Assembly: GCA_963590075.1 (NCBI GenBank)
Contig: CAVANK010000008.1
Coordinates: 390 to 64,389 of the forward strand
Source of the DNA: Eshraghiella crossota
Lineage (GTDB): Bacteria > Bacillota > Clostridia > Christensenellales > CAG-917
Reading direction: 5' to 3'
DNA: 64,000 nt
Shown: piece after piece, positions 10,673-20,325 of the stretch
How positions within the stretch are numbered: position 1 is the first letter of the stretch
How the letters are laid out: each line of letters starts with the position of its first letter
Made by a program: the position numbers and the translations under genes
Notes under the pieces: model-generated
Database searches by the model: none
What the model saw: the letters and a program-made list of their open reading frames with translations, nothing else
Told to the model about the DNA's origin: nothing

Positions 10673-11761
10673 ATGTATAGAAAACGCATTATTCTCATAC
10701 TTACGTCGCGCGATGAGCCCGACGGTGTTTCCGAGAGGCTTGCCCAAGCAATCCGCAAAATCGGCACGCACAACGTGGTGGTTATGAGCGACGACAAGTA
10801 CGGCTCTGCCACCAAACTTTCGGCGTTGGATAAAATTATGGACAGCGGTGGGGAATATCAATATTTGCTCGAACGCAAGGACAAGGGCGTGATTAAGGAT
10901 AAGTTCAAGTTCAAGACGCTTTCAAAGAGAGTCAACCGCATAAATAACCTTATCAAGCGTTTCCATCCCGAGTATATTTTGTGCGTTACGCCATACGCTC
11001 ATCACTGCGCGATCGAGGCAAAACGCAGAGCGAGATTTAATACGCAAATCATTTATATGATGCAAACGTTCACCCTCTCCAAAAGAGTGCACGACGACGC
11101 AACCAACGTTTATATAGTCGAAAATGCAGACGTAAAGTCCGATTTGGTGCGAAACGGCATAAAATCAAAGGACGTTATGGTTATGGGCTTGCCCTACGAT
11201 ATAGAGTGCTTGCACCCCGACCAAATTACGCTCAAAAAGAGAGAACTCGGGCTTCCAAAAGTCAAGACCGTGTACGTCAACGTGCACTATAAAAAGGAAC
11301 TTTTGGACGTATTCTCGCTTCTTCTCGACCAAGGTGAAATTGCCAATCTCGTGGTCAATTGCCACGACGTAAAGACGCTTGAAACGCTATCGTCAATGGC
11401 GGTGAAAGTGCCGAGTATGAAAGTGGTGTTTATACAAAACGCCGACCAAACGGACGAGTGTATGCAAGTGTGCGACGTGGCTATCACGCAGTACGACGTT
11501 GCGACGCTTTATAAGTGCTTCAAGTTGGGCATTCCCTCGATAGTGCTATCCAAAAACGAGCACGAGCAAGCGGATATATCCTATCTCGTGGGGCACGGGC
11601 TTTGCCTCAAAGCGAAAGATAATCTCGATATGGTCGCGCTTCTTTACAAACTTTTGCAAACGGATACGGGCATCAAGATATCCGACGAGGGCAAAAAGTG
11701 GGTGGAGTACAGCAGTATAGACAATATAGCCAATTTCCTTTCCGCATACATAGCGGTGTGA
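10673..11761 (+). CDS. Glycosyltransferase-like protein (MGDG-synthase/UgtP-like layout), function uncertain
   Basis: 362-aa ORF with an RBS and normal codon usage, so the CDS itself is solid. Only loose resemblance to the UgtP/MGDG synthase N-domain layout (ILILTS..., HPEYILCVTPY...), and no clear catalytic motif recognised. Confidence 0.4.
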   Translation: MYRKRIILILTSRDEPDGVSERLAQAIRKIGTHNVVVMSDDKYGSATKLSALDKIMDSGGEYQYLLERKDKGVIKDKFKFKTLSKRVNRINNLIKRFHPEYILCVTPYAHHCAIEAKRRARFNTQIIYMMQTFTLSKRVHDDATNVYIVENADVKSDLVRNGIKSKDVMVMGLPYDIECLHPDQITLKKRELGLPKVKTVYVNVHYKKELLDVFSLLLDQGEIANLVVNCHDVKTLETLSSMAVKVPSMKVVFIQNADQTDECMQVCDVAITQYDVATLYKCFKLGIPSIVLSKNEHEQADISYLVGHGLCLKAKDNLDMVALLYKLLQTDTGIKISDEGKKWVEYSSIDNIANFLSAYIAV

Positions 11762-11770
11762 GAAAATAAT

Positions 11771-13048
11771 ATGCCAAAGATAAAGATAAAAACGGTTTCG
11801 GATTTTGCAAAAAGACAGGGATTTAAGGTCGGCGACGAAGTGTTGCGCATAGGCGGATACGATATGATCGACGAAATCGATTACTTGTATTACGACAACG
11901 AGAGAAAATTTTCGGTGGATATTTTGCGTGACGGAAAACCGCATACTATCAAAGTGCACAAAAAAGACGGACAATCGCTCGGACTGGAATTCGATATCGA
12001 GATGAAACCCGTCGTGTGCAAAAATAAGTGTATTTTTTGTTTTGTAGACCAACTTCCCAAGGGTATGCGTTCCACGCTTTACATCAAAGACGACGATTAC
12101 AGATACAGTTTTATGTGCGGTTCGTACGTCACGATGACCAACGTAAGCGAAGCGGACATCGAGAGGGTTATTAGGCTCAAACTCAGCCCTCTTTATATCT
12201 CCGTGCACGCGTGGGACGACGATATCCGTACGTTCATACTCAAAAACCCCAACACGCGCAAATTGCGCGATCAAATGCGTCGTCTCGGTGCGGCGGGTAT
12301 CAAGATGCACACGCAACTCGTGGTAGTGCCCGACGTCAACGACGGAAAGGTGCTTGAAGACAGTATAAGAGGCTTGCACGAGGTCGAAGGCGTTGAGACG
12401 GTGGCGGTTGTTCCCGTGGGTATGACCGGGCACAGAGACAACTTGCCCAATCTCAAAAGCGTTGACGAGCAGAACGCCAAAGACACGATTGCGCTCGTTG
12501 AGAGTTTGCACAGAGAATACGGCGGATTTTGTTGGTGCAGTGACGAGTATTACGTCAAGGCAAAACTTCCCACGCCGTCAAGCACGTACTACGGCGCGTT
12601 TGACCAAATCGAAAACGGCGTAGGTTTGCTTGCGGACTTCGACGATAACTTTGAATACAATATGAGCGAAACCGAGGATTGCAACCTTGGCAAGAGAGTT
12701 GAGTTTATAACGGGCGTATCCTTTGCGCCATACCTTGAAAAATACGCAAAAAGACTTGAAGAAAAACTCGGTATCGAGTGTAAAGTGCATGCGATTATCA
12801 ACAACTTTTTCGGCACTTCCGTAACGGTTGCGGGACTTGTTACGGCGGGTGATATCACGGAGCAACTCAAAGACAATCACGCTCCCGACGCATACGTGAT
12901 ACCCGACAATATGCTCCGCGAATTTACGGATACCTTCCTCGACAACGTAAGAGTTGAGGAACTTTCCGAAAGACTCAAAGCGCCTATTATCGTCACTGCG
13001 CACAGTGGAAGCGACATAGTGAGCAAGATAAAAGAGTTCTTTGAATGA
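11771..13048 (+). CDS. DUF512-type radical SAM protein with N-terminal PDZ-like domain
   Basis: CKNKCIFC is a CX3CX2C radical-SAM motif. N-terminal GFKVGDEVLRIGG PDZ-like segment. The position immediately upstream of der is conserved in Clostridia. Confidence 0.75.
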   Translation: MPKIKIKTVSDFAKRQGFKVGDEVLRIGGYDMIDEIDYLYYDNERKFSVDILRDGKPHTIKVHKKDGQSLGLEFDIEMKPVVCKNKCIFCFVDQLPKGMRSTLYIKDDDYRYSFMCGSYVTMTNVSEADIERVIRLKLSPLYISVHAWDDDIRTFILKNPNTRKLRDQMRRLGAAGIKMHTQLVVVPDVNDGKVLEDSIRGLHEVEGVETVAVVPVGMTGHRDNLPNLKSVDEQNAKDTIALVESLHREYGGFCWCSDEYYVKAKLPTPSSTYYGAFDQIENGVGLLADFDDNFEYNMSETEDCNLGKRVEFITGVSFAPYLEKYAKRLEEKLGIECKVHAIINNFFGTSVTVAGLVTAGDITEQLKDNHAPDAYVIPDNMLREFTDTFLDNVRVEELSERLKAPIIVTAHSGSDIVSKIKEFFE

Positions 13049-13140
13049 TCGAAAAAGAAAAGTAAAAAGCATATAAAACGCAATAATCGGCGTTTTATGC
13101 ATTAGAAAACGGCAAATAAACATAAGATTTGGTGAAAATA

Positions 13141-14457
13141 ATGAAACCATTGGTAGCAGTAGTAGGAAGACCTAACGTAGGAAAATCAACGCTTTTCAAC
13201 CGCATTGCGGGCAGTAGAATTTCTATTGTCGAAAACACTCCCGGCGTTACGCGCGACAGAGTTTACGCAGATTGCGAGTGGTGCGGAAGAGCATTCACGC
13301 TCATCGATACGGGCGGTTTGGAAATGAAGAGCACGGACGAGATGTGGAGTCATATCCGCACGCAAGTGGAAATTGCGGTGGATACGGCGGACGCCATTTT
13401 GTACGTGGTGGACGGCAAGACGGGACTAACGACGGACGACAACCTTGTGTGTTCGTATTTGAGAAAATCAAAACTTCCCGTTATCCTTGCCGTAAACAAA
13501 ATAGACAACAACGATATGGGCAACGTATACGATTTTTACGCGCTCGGATTCGGTGAGCCTTACGCCGTCAGTGCGGAGCAAGGCAAGGGCCTCGGTGATT
13601 TGCTTGACGCGATTATGGAAGTTATCCCCGTAAGCGTACCCGAGGAAGATCCCGATCGCATAAAGATTGCAATCGTCGGCAAACCGAACGCGGGCAAGAG
13701 TTCCATTGCCAACAAACTTTTGGGATACGACCGCTCTATCGTAAGCGATATCGCGGGCACGACGCGTGACGCAATCGATACCGAACTCAACGTCGGCGAC
13801 GACAAATATCTCATCATCGATACGGCGGGTATGCGCAAGAAAAAGGTGGTCAACGAGGACGTTGAAAGATACTCGGTTATGCGTTCTATCCTCGCTGTGC
13901 GTAGGGCGGACGTGGTGCTTATCGTATGCGACGCCAACGAGGGACTTACCGAGCAAGACGTCAAAATCGCGGGCTTCGTGCACGAAGAGGGCAAGCCGTC
14001 CATAATCGTTATGAACAAATGGGATTTGGTGGACAAGAACACCCACACCATTTACGAATTCGAGAAAAAACTCAAAGAAGATTTGAAGTATATGGATTAT
14101 TTCAAGTCCGTGTACATCTCCGCACTCAGCGGAAAGCGTCTTGACAATTTGCTCCCGCTTTGCAAAGAGGTGGTGGCAAATTCAAGAAAGCGTATCGCGA
14201 CGGGGCTTCTCAACGAGGTTATCGGCGACGCAATCAGAATAAGCGAACCGCCGTCCTATCTCGGAAAGAAACTCAAAATCTTCTACGTAACGCAAGTGTC
14301 CGTTGCGCCTCCGACTTTCGTGGTCAAGGTCAACGATCCCGCGATTATGCATTTCAGCTACAAGAGATACCTCGAAAACTCCTTGCGCAAGAGCTTTGAT
14401 TTCTCGGGTACGCCTATACGCTTGCTCATACGCTCCAACAGCGGTGACGAGCAATAA
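13141..14457 (+). CDS. der: Ribosome-associated GTPase Der (EngA), two GTPase domains
   Basis: Two G1 motifs (GRPNVGKST and GKPNAGKSS), two DTGG/DTAG motifs and two NKxD motifs, plus a KH-like C-terminus. ATG 13141 preferred over the GTG at 13129. Confidence 0.95.
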   Translation: MKPLVAVVGRPNVGKSTLFNRIAGSRISIVENTPGVTRDRVYADCEWCGRAFTLIDTGGLEMKSTDEMWSHIRTQVEIAVDTADAILYVVDGKTGLTTDDNLVCSYLRKSKLPVILAVNKIDNNDMGNVYDFYALGFGEPYAVSAEQGKGLGDLLDAIMEVIPVSVPEEDPDRIKIAIVGKPNAGKSSIANKLLGYDRSIVSDIAGTTRDAIDTELNVGDDKYLIIDTAGMRKKKVVNEDVERYSVMRSILAVRRADVVLIVCDANEGLTEQDVKIAGFVHEEGKPSIIVMNKWDLVDKNTHTIYEFEKKLKEDLKYMDYFKSVYISALSGKRLDNLLPLCKEVVANSRKRIATGLLNEVIGDAIRISEPPSYLGKKLKIFYVTQVSVAPPTFVVKVNDPAIMHFSYKRYLENSLRKSFDFSGTPIRLLIRSNSGDEQ

Positions 14458-14628
14458 AAATCATCGAAAATCAATCAAAAATGCGTTGCGTAAACGCACA
14501 ATCGGTGATATAGTGTGGATGTCGAAATATCGGACGATTGTATAATATATTATACAAACCGCACGAAAGACTACGCCGATTGGCAAAAGTGTCGCAGTCG
14601 GAATAGTATACACTGAGACGGAGGGCTT

Positions 14629-15897
14629 ATGAACTACAAGGATGTTGCCAAAGAACAACTTTGCGAGCAACTCAAAACCGAACAAAAGGCATATAAAAAA
14701 CTTGTAAAACGCGGTGTGAGCGTGGATATGACGCGCGGAAAACCGTCCTCCGAACAACTTGAAATCGCAATGCCTATGCTTGAGCATGCGGGTGAGTACG
14801 ACTATAAAATGAGCGGTATCGACGCGCGCAATTACGGTGAGCCTGCAGGTCTTAAACAAGCAAGAGAGTTGTTTGCCGATATTCTCGGCGTAAAGGCGGA
14901 CGAGGTCATTGTATGCGACGGCTCGTCGCTCGATATTATGTACAACGTGGTGCAGTTTGCACTCCAATTCGGCATAATGGGTTCGACTCCGTGGAACAAG
15001 CTTGACAAGGTCAAATTCATTTGTCCCGCGCCCGGCTACGATAGACATTTTTCCATTTGCGAAAACTTCGGCATAGATATGATCACCGTGCCTATACTTG
15101 CGGGCGGTCCCGATATGGATATGGTGGAAGCACTCGTCAAAGACGACGCAAGCGTCAAGGGCATTTGGTGTGTTCCCAAATATTCCAATCCTACGGGCGT
15201 TACGTATTCGGACAAGGTGGTGGAGAGAATGGCAAATCTCAAGCCCGCGGCAAAAGATTTCCGCGTGTTTTGGGACAACGCCTATTGCATACACGGACTT
15301 TACGAGACGGAAGATAAACTCAAAAACATCTTCGACGTTGCAAAAAAAGCGGGCAATTCCGATATGATTTATGAGTTTTCGTCTACTGCAAAAATCACTT
15401 TTGCGGGAAGCGGAGTGGCGGTTGTTGCCGCGTCGCAAAACAACGTGCAAGATTTGCTCAAACGCTTGTTTTTCAAGAAAATCAATCCCAACCGCGTAAA
15501 CCAAGTTATGCACGTGGAGTTTTTGAAAGACGTCGACAACGTAAAGAAAATTATGCAAAAGCACGCTGCGATATTGCGTCCCAAATTCGATTTGTTCCAA
15601 GCCAAGATGCAAGAGGCGTTTGGAAAAAGCAAGGAAGTGAAGTGGTCGAGACCTCGCGGAGGTTACTTCATTTCGCTTGACGTACCGCATTGCGCAAAGC
15701 GCATAGTGGAACTTTCCGCCGAGGCGGGAGTCAAGTTTACGGCGGCGGGTTCAACATTCCCGTATCGTATCGACGACAACGATAGCAATATCCGCATTGC
15801 GCCCAGCGTGCCGTCGCTCGAAGAGATGGATTTTGCAATTGACGTGCTTATCCAAAGTATCAAAATCGCACTTATCGAATACTATACGAAGAGATAA
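14629..15897 (+). CDS. PLP-dependent aminotransferase, class I/II fold
   Basis: 422 aa, GGAGGG RBS. The aminotransferase fold is recognisable (SKITFAGSGVAV lysine region, YSNPTG). Substrate not assignable from the sequence. Confidence 0.7.
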   Translation: MNYKDVAKEQLCEQLKTEQKAYKKLVKRGVSVDMTRGKPSSEQLEIAMPMLEHAGEYDYKMSGIDARNYGEPAGLKQARELFADILGVKADEVIVCDGSSLDIMYNVVQFALQFGIMGSTPWNKLDKVKFICPAPGYDRHFSICENFGIDMITVPILAGGPDMDMVEALVKDDASVKGIWCVPKYSNPTGVTYSDKVVERMANLKPAAKDFRVFWDNAYCIHGLYETEDKLKNIFDVAKKAGNSDMIYEFSSTAKITFAGSGVAVVAASQNNVQDLLKRLFFKKINPNRVNQVMHVEFLKDVDNVKKIMQKHAAILRPKFDLFQAKMQEAFGKSKEVKWSRPRGGYFISLDVPHCAKRIVELSAEAGVKFTAAGSTFPYRIDDNDSNIRIAPSVPSLEEMDFAIDVLIQSIKIALIEYYTKR

Positions 15898-16048
15898 AAC
15901 GCCGATTGCGTGAAAACAATGCGAATTACGGCATATAAGGTTGCGCAAAAAAAGCATTGAAAATCATATAAAAACGATAGTATAAAGGCATAAAAACATA
16001 CCGAAAACGGTATTAAAAAGGCGCAAAAAAACAATCAAAGACGGCATT

Positions 16049-16079
16049 AAAAAAGGCACTCAAACGAGTGCCTTTTTCG
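16049..16079. terminator. Bidirectional rho-independent terminator
   Basis: A-run, stem AGGCACTC/GAGTGCCT with an AAAC loop, then a T-run. Sits between the convergent aminotransferase and dihydroxyacetone kinase genes. Confidence 0.85.
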
Positions 16080-16093
16080 TGCTTTATAAGCGA

Positions 16094-17923
16094 TTACATT
16101 TTTTCAATGTACTTTGCAAGTTCGTTGAAGATTACGTCAAGACCGTGTGCACCCGCGTCGGGATAACCGATTGAACGTTCACCCACCGTGCCCGCTCTTC
16201 CGAGTGTTGCAACGTGAGTCTTGGTGGCTTCTGCGCCGTCGTGTGCCGCTTTTGCGCCGAGGTCGAGACCTTCTTGCAAAGTCTTGCCTTCTTCCGCCGC
16301 TTTGGTCAACGCCATTGCGCAGGGTTTGAGTGCGTCGACGAGAGTCTTGTCACCGATTTCCGCGCCCTTGCCGAAGGACTTCTTGCCCGTCTCGTAAACA
16401 CCGCGGTTTGCTTCGGTGAAGAGGAGCGCTACGTCTGCAAGATTGACTTCTTTCTTGCCGAGCATTGCTTTGCCTGCGTACTTGAACGCAGAACCCCAAA
16501 TAGGACCGCTTGCGCCGCCGCAGTACTCTTTGATTATCTCACTGCAACTGACGAGGAATTGACCGATATCGCCTTTCTTTCTCGTTGCCCAGTCTGCTTT
16601 GAGTTGTTTGAAACCTTTTGCGATTGACATACCGAAGTCACCGTCGCCCATTTTGTCCGCTTCGCAGAAGGGAACTTCGTTTTCGATGATGACGTCTGCC
16701 ATTTTGTCTACGATTTGAACGAACGCCGCCGTGTTGATGGTCTCGCCTACTTGGGGAGTGCCTTCAACTTCGTATACTGCGTTGTCCTCGTTTTCATCGT
16801 TTGCGATTGCCTTTTTTGCCGTTGCTTTGTGTGCGGTCTCGACGGGAGCGTATCCGAGTGCTCTGCCGATTGCTTGCACTGCTTCGAGTGCCGCTTCCGC
16901 TTGTTCGCTCATAGCCGCGCCCCAAGTGAGTGCGGGGGTGGATACGGGGTAGTCGATGAGGGCTTTGAGTTCGTTATCCACACGGAGGACGGAGATAGAC
17001 GCGCCCGCCATATCGATGGACGTCATAAAGTTGCCGACGATGGTGCGGTGGATATTGATACCGTCCGCTTTCAACGCCTTGGTTACGGAATTGTTGAGAA
17101 TATAGAGTTCTTGTAGCGGAGTGCCGCCAAAGCCGTTGATGAGGAGCACGACGTCTTCGCCTTTCTTGAGAGCGAGGTCTTCTTCGAGGTCGGAGAGGAT
17201 GCGTCTTGACAAATCGTCGCAGAACGTGCCCGTCGAATAGTCGATTTTCTCACGGAAACGACCGGGTTCACCGTGGATACCTACGCCGAATTCCATTTCG
17301 TCGTCACCGATTTCAAAAGTGGGGTGTCCCGCCGCCGGAACGGTGCAACTCGTGAACGCAAAACCGAAGGAACGAACGTTTTCGATAACCTTGTTTGCAA
17401 CTGCTTTGACTTCTTCGAGTTCCTTGCCTTGTTCCGCCGCCGCGCCCGCGCATTTATGTACGAGGACAGTGCCCGCAACGCCTCTGCGACCTACGGTGTA
17501 GAGGGAGTCTTTGACTGCGATATCGTCGTTGACGTACACTGCGTCGACTTTGATGCCGTCGTCTTGTGCGTCTGCCATTGCGTTGTTGAAGTTCATGCAG
17601 TCGCCGGAGTAGTTCTTGATGATGAGAAGAACGCCTTTGTCCGTTGCGCATTTCTTGATTGCGTTGTAGACTTGAACTTGTGAGGGTGAAGCAAAGACGT
17701 CGCCGCAAACCGCCGCGTCAAGCATACCTTTGCCGACGAAGCCTGCGTGTGCGGGTTCGTGTCCGCTGCCGCCACCGGAAATCAAACTGACTTTTGCGTC
17801 GTTGATATCTTTCTTTTTGACAACCTTATACTTTTCTACGAATTCGAGTTCGGGATGAGCGGCAGCCAAGCCGTGACACATATCGTAAACGAAAGTTTCG
17901 GGCGTATTCATTATTTTCTTCAT
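16094..17923 (-). CDS. ATP-dependent dihydroxyacetone kinase, fused DhaK-DhaL (Dak1+Dak2) type
   Basis: 609 aa. Dak1 N-terminal motif SGGGSGHEPAHAGFVG, an Ala-rich linker and a Dak2 C-terminal domain (DGDFGMS...). AAGGAG RBS. Confidence 0.9.
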   Translation of the reverse strand: MKKIMNTPETFVYDMCHGLAAAHPELEFVEKYKVVKKKDINDAKVSLISGGGSGHEPAHAGFVGKGMLDAAVCGDVFASPSQVQVYNAIKKCATDKGVLLIIKNYSGDCMNFNNAMADAQDDGIKVDAVYVNDDIAVKDSLYTVGRRGVAGTVLVHKCAGAAAEQGKELEEVKAVANKVIENVRSFGFAFTSCTVPAAGHPTFEIGDDEMEFGVGIHGEPGRFREKIDYSTGTFCDDLSRRILSDLEEDLALKKGEDVVLLINGFGGTPLQELYILNNSVTKALKADGINIHRTIVGNFMTSIDMAGASISVLRVDNELKALIDYPVSTPALTWGAAMSEQAEAALEAVQAIGRALGYAPVETAHKATAKKAIANDENEDNAVYEVEGTPQVGETINTAAFVQIVDKMADVIIENEVPFCEADKMGDGDFGMSIAKGFKQLKADWATRKKGDIGQFLVSCSEIIKEYCGGASGPIWGSAFKYAGKAMLGKKEVNLADVALLFTEANRGVYETGKKSFGKGAEIGDKTLVDALKPCAMALTKAAEEGKTLQEGLDLGAKAAHDGAEATKTHVATLGRAGTVGERSIGYPDAGAHGLDVIFNELAKYIEKM

Positions 17924-18028
17924 AATATTTCTCCTTAAAACCGCTTATATAATCCTATTATAACCTTATATTACGCGGATTTTTTATAAGACACTCCCTT
18001 GCGCGGGCAAGGGAGTGTGCGTTTTATA

Positions 18029-19213
18029 TTAGTGGCAGCATTCGCAGTCGCAGCCGTATCTGAAATCGTGACCGAGTTTGTCCGCCGCTTTGATTGCCGC
18101 GATAACCATATCTTCGGTTACGGGGAAGGGCATATTGTGGATGCTCTCGTCGGGGATGCAAGTCTTTGCCGCAACGATCTTGTATTCTTCTTCGGTGAGT
18201 TCTTCTCTGATGACTTCGCCCGTGCGCGGATTGGTCATAAGGTCGTGCAAGCAGACGGGGAGACCTACTTCGTCGCAGAAGTTGAGAACTTCGTAAAGTT
18301 CTTCTTCGGGGCTGTTTTCGAGAACGAGTTGGCAAATCGTACCGAATGCGACTACTTCACCGTGCATACAGCAAGCGTGAATGTCGTGGACTGCGGTGAG
18401 ACCGTCGTGGATTGCGTGTGCAGCGGCAAGACCGCCGGATTCAAAGCCGAGACCGGAGAGAAGAATGTTGGTTTCGACAATCTTTTCAAGTGCGGGAGTT
18501 ACAACATTGCAGTCGCAAGCGACTTTTGCTTTTGCGCCGTCGCTGATAAGGTTGCGATAGCAAAGCTCTGCAAGTGCCGCAGCCGTGTAAGTGCCGTAGC
18601 CGAGCAACGTGCCTTTCTTGCGGTCTGCTCCGCAGGGGAGACCTGCGTTGACGTTGGATACGCTGTTGACGTTGGCTCTTGCCTCGAAGTATGTGGAAAG
18701 TGCGTCGCCCATACCGCTTACGAGGAAGCGAGATGGTGCGTTTGCGATGACGTTGAGGTCGATAAGAACTACGGACGGGCTTTGACGGAAGTATGCGTAA
18801 TCGTCAAACTCGTGATCGTCCGTGTAAAGAACCGCGGAGTGAGAGGTCGGTGCGTCCGTTGCCGCGATAGTGGGGCAGATGATGAGCGGATTGCCTGCCG
18901 CGACGCATTTTGAAGTGTCGATTGCTTTACCGCCGCCGAGACCGATCGTGCAATTGCATTTGTTTGCTTTTGCGAACTCTTGAAGTGCTTTTACAACCGT
19001 GCGCGAGCATTCACCCTTGAAGATGTCGCAAGTGACGAATTCTACACCGTATTTTGCTTGCGTTGCTTCGAGTTTCTCTTTGACGAGGTTGAGTGCAAAC
19101 GGATCTGCGATAAGGAGTGCTTTCTTACCGAATGTTTTGACAAAATAACCGAGGTTCAACAATTCGTTTTCGCCTTGTACATACTTTGTGGGACAAATAA
19201 ATGCTTTTCTCAT
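18029..19213 (-). CDS. gldA: Glycerol dehydrogenase (iron-containing alcohol dehydrogenase family)
   Basis: 394 aa. GGGKAIDTSK NAD motif and metal-binding His residues (HAIHDG...HGE). Upstream of the dihydroxyacetone kinase gene in the same orientation, giving a glycerol oxidation pair. Confidence 0.85.
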   Translation of the reverse strand: MRKAFICPTKYVQGENELLNLGYFVKTFGKKALLIADPFALNLVKEKLEATQAKYGVEFVTCDIFKGECSRTVVKALQEFAKANKCNCTIGLGGGKAIDTSKCVAAGNPLIICPTIAATDAPTSHSAVLYTDDHEFDDYAYFRQSPSVVLIDLNVIANAPSRFLVSGMGDALSTYFEARANVNSVSNVNAGLPCGADRKKGTLLGYGTYTAAALAELCYRNLISDGAKAKVACDCNVVTPALEKIVETNILLSGLGFESGGLAAAHAIHDGLTAVHDIHACCMHGEVVAFGTICQLVLENSPEEELYEVLNFCDEVGLPVCLHDLMTNPRTGEVIREELTEEEYKIVAAKTCIPDESIHNMPFPVTEDMVIAAIKAADKLGHDFRYGCDCECCH

Positions 19214-19467
19214 AAATTTTCTCCTTTAGAGGTGTTTTTTAAGATGTAAATATTATATATCCTAGCCGAAAATAATTCAATACCCAATTTGTTAAAAAAC
19301 GTGCATTTTTGAAAATTTTTTGCAAAAAATCGCGATTTTGAGGGGTTGCGGTCTCGATTTTCATAAAATTTTAATGTTTTTCGAGCAATTTATTCAAAAA
19401 AGTTGAATATTGAAAAAATCCGTATATAATAAAATCAATAAAGATCTTCATTGTCGAGGTGAATAAT

Positions 19468-20220
19468 ATGGACGTCGTATCATCAATCGAAAAACGCGTG
19501 CAATGGATACGCGATTTGCTTGCAAAAACAGGCGCAAAGGGCGTCATTTACGGCAACAGCGGCGGAAAGGATTGCACCCTCGTCGGAGCACTTTGCAAAC
19601 TTGCGACTCCCAACGTTTTGGGTGTCATTATGCCTTGCCAATCCTCGCAAAATTACGGTAGTGACCGCGACGACGCTTTGAGAGCGGGCGAGTATTTCGG
19701 CATCGAGCAAATCGAGATAGATTTGAGCGCAACCAAACAAGCGCTTCTCGACGCTTTCGGCGAGCAACTCACCAATGGCAACGCCGGTGAGAGCAATCTC
19801 AAAATGGCAAGCGTCAACATCAATCCGCGCCTTCGAATGACCACGCTTTACGCACTCGGTCAGGCAAGAGGATATCTCGTGGCGGGCACCGGCAACCTTG
19901 ACGAGGCAACGCTCGGATACTTCACCAAGTGGGGCGACGGCGCACACGATTTCAACCCGATTGCGGACTTGACCGTCGGTGAGATTTACGAGCATTTGAG
20001 ATACCTCGGCGCACCCGCAACCATCATCGCAAAAGCACCGTCCGCAGGTCTTTATCAAGGTCAAACCGACGAGCAAGAAATGGGCATCAAATACGCCGAC
20101 GTAGATAAATATCTACGTGGTGAAGATGTCCCCGCAGACGTGAGAGAGAAGATTGAGAGTGCTAAACGTAGAGCTGCGCATAAACTTCGTATGCCTCTCA
20201 AATTTGGCGAAAACGCCTGA
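19468..20220 (+). CDS. nadE: Ammonia-dependent NAD+ synthetase
   Basis: PP-loop SGGKDCT (SGGxDS-type). ATG 19468 is preferred because the GTG at 19459 sits inside the GAGGTG RBS. Confidence 0.85.
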   Translation: MDVVSSIEKRVQWIRDLLAKTGAKGVIYGNSGGKDCTLVGALCKLATPNVLGVIMPCQSSQNYGSDRDDALRAGEYFGIEQIEIDLSATKQALLDAFGEQLTNGNAGESNLKMASVNINPRLRMTTLYALGQARGYLVAGTGNLDEATLGYFTKWGDGAHDFNPIADLTVGEIYEHLRYLGAPATIIAKAPSAGLYQGQTDEQEMGIKYADVDKYLRGEDVPADVREKIESAKRRAAHKLRMPLKFGENA

Positions 20221-20235
20221 TTTGGCAAATAACTG

Positions 20236-20325
20236 CGTCAGAGCCGTCCGCCCGACAACTCATTTACGATTAGTAAATTAGGGTTGCCGTTCGGACGGCT
20301 CTTTCTTGTTCTTTATCCAAATCAG
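20236..20325 (+). repeat. About 90-nt repeated element, copy 1: 11-bp stem (20240..20250 / 20292..20302) around a conserved 41-nt loop, then a T-rich tail
   Basis: AGAGCCGTCCG ... CGGACGGCTCT encloses CAACTCATTTACGATTAGTAAATTAGGGTTGCCGT. Starts 16 nt after the nadE stop. A partial third copy of GTAAATTAGGGTTGCC is at 20372..20387. Confidence 0.7.

Noticed and set aside
14461-15690. Long antisense ORFs opposite well-supported genes. Examples: 14461..15690, 11546..12511, 17999..18913, 22735..23739, 34755..35753, 35506..36723, 37956..39260, 39679..40356, 46864..47700, 49470..50423, 50725..52011, 51774..52790, 63264..63905
   Set aside because: Each lies fully inside a gene on the other strand that has clear family motifs and an RBS. 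Their products are low-complexity, Arg/His/Phe-rich and lack any motif. This is a typical codon-bias artefact.
20273-20288. AAATTAGGGTTGCC considered as a T-box (AAnnnGGGTGGTACCGCG-like) antiterminator sequence
   Set aside because: The match to the T-box consensus breaks after GGGT. The element lies downstream of genes rather than in a leader, and there is no specifier-loop architecture.
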